64,000 nt of DNA, from IMG/VR virus record IMGVR_UViG_3300032282_003280, positions 1-64,000 of that record; one strand, given 5' to 3'. Source of the stretch: a virus. The notes below the pieces were generated by a model. It made no database searches. It was not told where the DNA came from and was given only the letters and a program-made list of their open reading frames with translations. The position numbers and the translations under genes were made by a program. Of this stretch, positions 57,559-64,000 are shown in pieces. The first letter of the stretch is position 1. Each line of letters opens with the position of its first letter.

Positions 57559-60500
57559 TTATTCAAAATCAATCTGATAACCTTTTGATATCAAATCACT
57601 TATTTGGTCAGGAGTAAGATCATAAGTTTGACCTTGTACCATACCTCCATCATCATGTTTCCACTTAGCAGCGTTCTGTGCAAATATAGCTCTCTTGCGA
57701 GTTAATGGGTTCTTAGAGTGGGTTAATTCTTCAGTAGATTTACCTGTACGCTTCTTAAGAGCATTGAACTTTCCTTTATTAGCAGGGTTAATATGAATAC
57801 CAGACCTTGCTTCACCACCATAATTCATTACTTCACTATCCATCTGAGGATTAATACCCATACCCATATCTCCACCATACTCCATATTAGACATTATCTT
57901 CTGCTGAACACTTTTAGGAAGAGCATTGAATCCTGGATTATTAGGTACATTACCACCATACTTAGTCATCTCAGCTTCATTAGTGTCTATAAGACCACCA
58001 AACTCATGCTTCCATTTGGCAGCATTTTTAGCAAAGTTGGCCTTTTGAACCATCAAAGATGAAAACTTATCTTTGTTTGAGAGAACATGTTTAGCAAATT
58101 GTTGAACACCCATACCATGTTTAGTTGCTGCTGCGGTAAAGGTACCTTTCTTTGCAGGGTCTAAATGAATACCTGATTTAGCTTCTACCATCTGATTATT
58201 AGGTTCATAGTTACCAAACGTCTTTTGAGGATCTGGGATATACCTTGGGTTATCATCAAAGTTCTGACCAAACATTGCCATAGAAATTGGACCACCATCT
58301 TCAAAAGTATAATCTTCAGGAGTTCTATGTTGTTTTACAGTATATGGCATTTGTGTAGGGTCACTATAAGGTTGCCATTGACTTCCTTGAGAACCTGGGA
58401 CAAAGTTTTGATATGACTCCCTAAGAAGTTGAGGAGATTGTGTTACCGGTAAACCTTGGTAAGTAGATGGTGATGACTGTACATCACGAATGAATGGATA
58501 ATGTTGATAACCAGCACTTCCTACAGGAGTATATCCAGTAAGGTTACCTGTAACATCATAGTTACCCATATATGACATTGTAGGTTCTGGCATAGGTACA
58601 GGAACAGCATAAGGTTGAGGTTGTTGCATTTGACCCATACCCATATAATTACCTACAGGAGACATATAAGCATTACTAGAAGGTGCTGTTACATCTTCAA
58701 CTGGTACATCTTCTGTAACTACAATGTTACCTTTCTTTCTTGTTCTAGTGGTATATCCACCATCAGCGTACTTATTGTACATATCAGTATTATTTATTAA
58801 GTTACCACCATCCTCATATATAGCTTGAGAACCAGTGCCCATTGAATATGGATTATAGTTTGCAGGATTATATCTACGTGTTGTTCTTTGACTTTGGTTT
58901 GGAATAAGTGCATTTAAGAATTGAGTACCTCCACTAGTAATACCACTCAATGCTCCTCCTATAGAACTTGCTATTCCCCCAATACCTGATGCTATACTTG
59001 AACCAGAAGGCCCTTGACTTTTGGCACTTAAAGGTTCTGCTGTACTATTAGTCATAGCAGTATTTGCATTATAATTATTCCAAGGTTGAATTTGCTGCAT
59101 CATATTCTGATTAGCACCTTGATTTATCCAGTTTGGTTGATTAGGATCATCCATTCTCCAAGGTTGCATATAACCACCTGCATCATATGTAGGGGTTGAT
59201 TGGTAAGGCATCATCATAGTACCATTTTCATATACTTCTCCACCATCTTCCCATGTCTTTCTAGCAAATGCTCTAAAGTAAGGATTATGAGCTAAGTTAT
59301 GTTTATGACGAGCATAGAAAGCCTTTTTTCTTTCAGGGTCATTAGGGTGTTGACCTAGTTTAGAATCACCAAAGTATTTCTTAGTACCATCAGGTCCAAT
59401 AACAACATGGGTTTTTCCCTTACGTTCATTTGAACGTTTTACTATATAACCACCATTACCATATTCATCCATCTCATTAGGGACAGATCCACCATCCTCA
59501 TGCTGAGCTTTAATTTTAGCTTCTTGCTTTAACATCTCTTTAGTAGGTTTTTTACCGGAACCACGGTTTTCTCTTATGTTATCCCAAAGACCTCTTTGAG
59601 AATAATGACCATCAGCTCTGCGAATCACTTCACCTCCATTTTTATAATTAAATTGTGATTCATTTGGTATATTAACACTAGATTCTCCAAGGTACAAGTC
59701 TTTTAGATTTTTTTTAATTTCATCTGTCTTAGGAAGCAAATTTTTAAATCTTTGTTTAGGGTTACCTTTTACTGCAGCAATTGTAGGTTGAGTAAAAAAA
59801 GGAAATTCTGATTCATTAGTAACTATTTTAGTTTTAGGAAAGTTTAATCCTGTAACTCCATTAACTAAATTAATTGGTTTATCAAGTTCTGGTTTATAAT
59901 TTTCTAGAAATTTATTATATAAACCAATTGTTTCTTTTCTAGTTTGACCTTTAGTAACTATTTCTTCTGTTAATTCATTTAAGATATCATTAGATACTCC
60001 TTGTTTATATAATTTTTTTGCTTGATCTACATTACCCATTTTTTTTAATTGATCTACTCTATTATTAAAATCTTGCATTATATCAGGGTACCTATAATAC
60101 ATTTCCATGGGAATAGCTTCTGCAACTCTTCTTCCTTGCGTACCTCCTGTATTTAATTGTTGATTCTCTCCAGTTCTTATAATTGTAAAATCCTTATTAG
60201 CGTTTCTTGCTGCTTGATTCCAATAAAGAGGTGATGAGTTAGCACTCATATTTCTATCAAATGTAGAAGCTCCTTGTGGTAAACGTTCGACCTCTCTCAT
60301 CATTTTGTATTTAACTTCTTGTGGAGTCATATGAAAATAAGAGTGAGAAGTTATATCTCCAACATAAGGAATTTCTAGAGATGCTGCATTTATTGCATTA
60401 TCTACTCTTTTTACAAAAGGTAAATCCGATGTATTTTTAAATGTATTATAACCTCCTTTTATAACATTAGGTAGTGGGGTAACTGTATTAAAAGGTTCCA

Positions 60501-60903
60501 TACCTGAAGCTGCTGCTAATGCTTCTACTGTATGTAGAGCTGCAGGACCATATTCTCCTCTATAAACTTCTTCCGGTATAGCTGGTGCATTATAAAACCA
60601 TGCTGTAGGGTTTACTATTTCTGTAGCATAATCTAAGGAGTTCTTATTAGCTACAAAGTTATCAGGTAATCTTTGTTTATTTAATGCATAACTTGCTGCT
60701 GTGGCAGGGTGAGTAACAACATCCCAAGCCTTAGAGGGAATACTTTGAGGATTTACCTGTTGTATATATGAAGGTTGTTGAGGTCTAACTTGACCTCTTG
60801 GATCTCCATACTCAAAATACTGTCTTTGTGGGATATAGACAGGATTAGCAGGTTGATCACTTACCTGATTATAGTTTACTATATTTTGCTTTTTCTTAGG
60901 CAT
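57559..60903 (-). CDS. Modular low-complexity virion protein (1114 aa) with repeated phi-x-x-GG motifs
   Basis: 13 xxxGG motifs in the C-terminal two-thirds; duplicated SGIH..PA.KG.F...NAAKWKH module. Confidence 0.7.
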   Translation of the reverse strand: MPKKKQNIVNYNQVSDQPANPVYIPQRQYFEYGDPRGQVRPQQPSYIQQVNPQSIPSKAWDVVTHPATAASYALNKQRLPDNFVANKNSLDYATEIVNPTAWFYNAPAIPEEVYRGEYGPAALHTVEALAAASGMEPFNTVTPLPNVIKGGYNTFKNTSDLPFVKRVDNAINAASLEIPYVGDITSHSYFHMTPQEVKYKMMREVERLPQGASTFDRNMSANSSPLYWNQAARNANKDFTIIRTGENQQLNTGGTQGRRVAEAIPMEMYYRYPDIMQDFNNRVDQLKKMGNVDQAKKLYKQGVSNDILNELTEEIVTKGQTRKETIGLYNKFLENYKPELDKPINLVNGVTGLNFPKTKIVTNESEFPFFTQPTIAAVKGNPKQRFKNLLPKTDEIKKNLKDLYLGESSVNIPNESQFNYKNGGEVIRRADGHYSQRGLWDNIRENRGSGKKPTKEMLKQEAKIKAQHEDGGSVPNEMDEYGNGGYIVKRSNERKGKTHVVIGPDGTKKYFGDSKLGQHPNDPERKKAFYARHKHNLAHNPYFRAFARKTWEDGGEVYENGTMMMPYQSTPTYDAGGYMQPWRMDDPNQPNWINQGANQNMMQQIQPWNNYNANTAMTNSTAEPLSAKSQGPSGSSIASGIGGIASSIGGALSGITSGGTQFLNALIPNQSQRTTRRYNPANYNPYSMGTGSQAIYEDGGNLINNTDMYNKYADGGYTTRTRKKGNIVVTEDVPVEDVTAPSSNAYMSPVGNYMGMGQMQQPQPYAVPVPMPEPTMSYMGNYDVTGNLTGYTPVGSAGYQHYPFIRDVQSSPSTYQGLPVTQSPQLLRESYQNFVPGSQGSQWQPYSDPTQMPYTVKQHRTPEDYTFEDGGPISMAMFGQNFDDNPRYIPDPQKTFGNYEPNNQMVEAKSGIHLDPAKKGTFTAAATKHGMGVQQFAKHVLSNKDKFSSLMVQKANFAKNAAKWKHEFGGLIDTNEAEMTKYGGNVPNNPGFNALPKSVQQKIMSNMEYGGDMGMGINPQMDSEVMNYGGEARSGIHINPANKGKFNALKKRTGKSTEELTHSKNPLTRKRAIFAQNAAKWKHDDGGMVQGQTYDLTPDQISDLISKGYQIDFE

Positions 60904-63900
60904 TACTTATAAGATGGAACAGTTTCTTGGATTACAAATTTAGATATAAGTTTTACACCTGTCTTCTTTAGGATATGACGAAGTTTTGAGTACTTACCTC
61001 TTAATGGGTATTTCTTAAAGTCTCTCCTTGAGTAGTCAAGATTTGATACTATGAGGTCCTTCTCATCATTCTTAAAAGTAACTGGCGTTGTGTAGAAAGG
61101 TTTACTCTTATCCTTTACGATATCCCAGAAGTAGTTATAGTTATAGAAGTTATCACTACGCACAACTATAATCTCCTTATTATCAGTATTATACTTAGGA
61201 TACTGCAAGTATTGAGATAAGTTATTATATTGCTTAGGTATAAGTTTTAGTACACCTGTACACTGTTCATTGTTATAGATTACAGACTCATCAAAGTATT
61301 GGATATCATCCGGAATATAGAATGTATCATAATCTATATATACACGAGATTCAGTATAGTCCTTAACAGCTTGAAGTATCTCATCCTTTACTTTATATAC
61401 AAATGGGTACTCCAAAATATATGGACACTCTTCTCCATAATAGTTGTTAAAGAGAGTAAATATTCTATTGTGTGTCCATGTTGCAGGATCATCTCCATTT
61501 AGACCACTATGGAAATAGTTTGGGTAAGCTATATAATAGTTAGGGGTAAATGAGTGGAATGATACCCATGACTGAGTCTTAAAGTTATAAGATAAAGTCC
61601 AAGACTTATCTATAAAGTATTTAGGATCACCTACTCGTATCTGAATATTCTCACTACCTGTATCATAGTAAAAAAGACCACCTAAATATTCTGTTTTATC
61701 AGGATATATGGGTTCATAGTCTAACTTAGTTATAAATATACGTTTGTAGAAGGCGTCATATGTACCTGTTAAACCAATACCGTTTTGTGCATTATCTATA
61801 TCCACATCAGGGTAGAAGTTAAGTATATTAAATGGAAGATTCTTTGAGAACCATTTATCCATTCCTTTATCAGCTAAGTCCTCAATATTAGTACCCTTTA
61901 AGAAGATAACCTGACCTCTCTTAGCATCAACAAATATATGACCAAACTCAGTCTTTATAAATAAAGTGTTCTGAGAACCGGCATAACCTACACTACTCTG
62001 GGAGAGGTCTAAAGGAATACTACCTGAGAATAACTGAGTATTACCAAGATAAGCATCAGGACCTTGAGATACCTGTACAGTAGTAAGAGCGTTATAAAGT
62101 TGAGTATTGTTCTCAAACCTTACCATTAATTGTCTATGCTCTATATTATCTATAGAGATCATCTTACCATATGACTTAGGAAAATCAAAGTAAGCAGCCG
62201 GTCTATACACTAACCAGTTATTCTTTGTCTCCTCTAGGGATGATTTATCGGAGTATATTGCTCTGTTAGGAAATTCTGTATAACATTTTTTAGTAGGATC
62301 ATAATCCTCTCTTAAGTGAGTATATACATTCTCTTTATTTTGCTTAGAGTATGTTTGATTATAGTTATAGGTATTGTCATACGCAATTGGAACATTTATT
62401 TCTTGGAACCAATCATCCGGAATATTTGTAGATACATTAGGGAAGAAGTTTCCCTCCTTCTCGTTAGTTGCTTGCCTATTGTCCACATTTACCTCAGATT
62501 CACAGAAGAAGTAAGGTACACCATATGCAAATAAAAACATTACACCTTGTTCTGATATACCTACTCTTTGAGATAAGTCAAAGTTTATATTTTTTACTCC
62601 TATTTTTTCATATATCTGTTTAAATAGATTTGCTATAAACTTATTAGTATGGGCAACTCCCAGTCCTGCACCTGTTAAAATATTTAAAACAATAAATGCT
62701 CCTCCGGGATTAAATAAATCATTAGTTAAGGTAGTAAGTGCTCCTCCTTTATCTATATCTATATCAAAAGATTGAGGTTTAGTACTTAGCCAAAACATTG
62801 GATAATTTATATTACCCAATTCATCATATGCTATATCTGTTTGATTTGGTTGTGATACAGTATTATTAGTAAAAAATGGAAGTTTTGATTTATATCCAAA
62901 AAGGTTTATATAAATATCACCGCCAAATACAGTAGGTGCATTTAAAATAGGTTTATTATCTAAAGTATAAAGATCTTGATAATAACCTGTATCTATAGTT
63001 TCATATGAATATACTCTTCCCCACTGATTTATAATATCTCTTTTTATAGCTCCGTAATATGAAGATATGTTTTTTTCTTGTATTGTTTGTAAATTTGATT
63101 TTATATCAATCGGTAAATAATCAGGATTAGGTACTAAGTGAAAACCACCATCTGTAAATCCTGTATTAGGGTTACTAAAAGAGTAAGTTAATGTAGTAGG
63201 TACCAATGCACTTGTAATAGGAGGGACTATTACTAAAGAGCCTATAGGATTAACTATAGGATGAGTAAACCCAGGGTTTTGAAGATATGTTCTTATTATA
63301 CCTGTACTTTTATTAGGGATAGTATTTATAGTAGATGTAATGTTTGTAGACTTTACAACAAATATATTACTTGTTCCAAATTCTTGATAAGCAGTTCCTA
63401 TTGGAGGAGCTGGATTTATTCCAGGATATTCAACATAAAACCAATATTCTTCTAAGAATTCAGAGTGAGGACTATTAATTGACTCTGGTAAATATCGAGA
63501 ATCATCTATTGGTATAGAAGCATCGTAATTATGAGTAAACTCAAGATTTTTATTTACTTTAAGGTATATAGAACTTTCTCTTCTATAATTATTTATATTT
63601 TTACTTACTAAATTACCATTTGAATCTATATCTTGAACACCTTCTACTGTATCGTTCAAATACTTATTATAGGTAATCCCTCTATTTTTATATCCTGCAT
63701 TATATATAGGAGCATAGTCACCATATATACCAAATGAATTAAAAGAATATCCAAAGTTAGTATATGGAACTAATTTTTCAAACATATCCATTGCTGATTG
63801 ATATGTTGGGGCTACACTAGCTGATGAAAAGGTAGGAGATCCAAACTGACCTGCCCCCAGGGTAAATCCACTAGAAGCTGCAATAGCAGCAGCACCTTGT

Positions 63901-64000
63901 ATTGTATTTCGAGTAAGAAACTTATACTCTGCATTATCTTTTACTGGAATAAAATGACCATAAGATTTACCATATATTATTTGTTCTAATTTAAGGTACT
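60903..64000 (-). CDS. Tail stabilisation protein (P22 gp10-like, crAss type), 5'-truncated
   Basis: Frame is open from the window end. FGGDIYI, FFCESEVN, GYAGSQN, FVDAKRG, GTYD...KR, SWTLSY....WVSFHSF.P, LRGK. Confidence 0.8.
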   Translation of the reverse strand, partial: YLKLEQIIYGKSYGHFIPVKDNAEYKFLTRNTIQGAAAIAASSGFTLGAGQFGSPTFSSASVAPTYQSAMDMFEKLVPYTNFGYSFNSFGIYGDYAPIYNAGYKNRGITYNKYLNDTVEGVQDIDSNGNLVSKNINNYRRESSIYLKVNKNLEFTHNYDASIPIDDSRYLPESINSPHSEFLEEYWFYVEYPGINPAPPIGTAYQEFGTSNIFVVKSTNITSTINTIPNKSTGIIRTYLQNPGFTHPIVNPIGSLVIVPPITSALVPTTLTYSFSNPNTGFTDGGFHLVPNPDYLPIDIKSNLQTIQEKNISSYYGAIKRDIINQWGRVYSYETIDTGYYQDLYTLDNKPILNAPTVFGGDIYINLFGYKSKLPFFTNNTVSQPNQTDIAYDELGNINYPMFWLSTKPQSFDIDIDKGGALTTLTNDLFNPGGAFIVLNILTGAGLGVAHTNKFIANLFKQIYEKIGVKNINFDLSQRVGISEQGVMFLFAYGVPYFFCESEVNVDNRQATNEKEGNFFPNVSTNIPDDWFQEINVPIAYDNTYNYNQTYSKQNKENVYTHLREDYDPTKKCYTEFPNRAIYSDKSSLEETKNNWLVYRPAAYFDFPKSYGKMISIDNIEHRQLMVRFENNTQLYNALTTVQVSQGPDAYLGNTQLFSGSIPLDLSQSSVGYAGSQNTLFIKTEFGHIFVDAKRGQVIFLKGTNIEDLADKGMDKWFSKNLPFNILNFYPDVDIDNAQNGIGLTGTYDAFYKRIFITKLDYEPIYPDKTEYLGGLFYYDTGSENIQIRVGDPKYFIDKSWTLSYNFKTQSWVSFHSFTPNYYIAYPNYFHSGLNGDDPATWTHNRIFTLFNNYYGEECPYILEYPFVYKVKDEILQAVKDYTESRVYIDYDTFYIPDDIQYFDESVIYNNEQCTGVLKLIPKQYNNLSQYLQYPKYNTDNKEIIVVRSDNFYNYNYFWDIVKDKSKPFYTTPVTFKNDEKDLIVSNLDYSRRDFKKYPLRGKYSKLRHILKKTGVKLISKFVIQETVPSYK

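Overview
This window is a 64-kb internal segment of a lytic, AT-rich crAss-like (Crassvirales-type) phage of a Bacteroidota host, read in the standard genetic code. The diagnostic gene is a 3970-aa virion RNA polymerase with GFRIPTQG and DFDID motifs. Host assignment rests on several TAnnTTTG/TTG promoters and A-rich starts with no Shine-Dalgarno. The + strand (1-24.3 kb) carries replication, recombination and repair genes: DnaB-like and SF2 helicases, AAA ATPase, probable SSB, primase, DUF932, a divergent UNG, rIIA/rIIB, HNH and PD-(D/E)XK nucleases, dNMP kinase, RecA and a spore-photoproduct-lyase-like radical SAM enzyme. It meets the - strand virion block (24.4-64 kb) at convergent terminators. 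The virion block encodes a tail-stabilisation protein, ejected cargo proteins with the RNAP, fibre/decoration proteins, putative lysis genes and a ferritin. Best candidates for new biology: (1) three glycosyltransferases, one resembling plant protein O-glycosyltransferases, interleaved with Thr-run mucin-like proteins and a (G-Y-T)n collagen-like fibre, suggesting a phage-encoded virion protein glycosylation system; (2) cargo proteins built as strings of small modules separated by a recurring phi-x-x-G-G motif, suggesting processed polyproteins. All family calls come from motif recognition by eye; no database searches were run.
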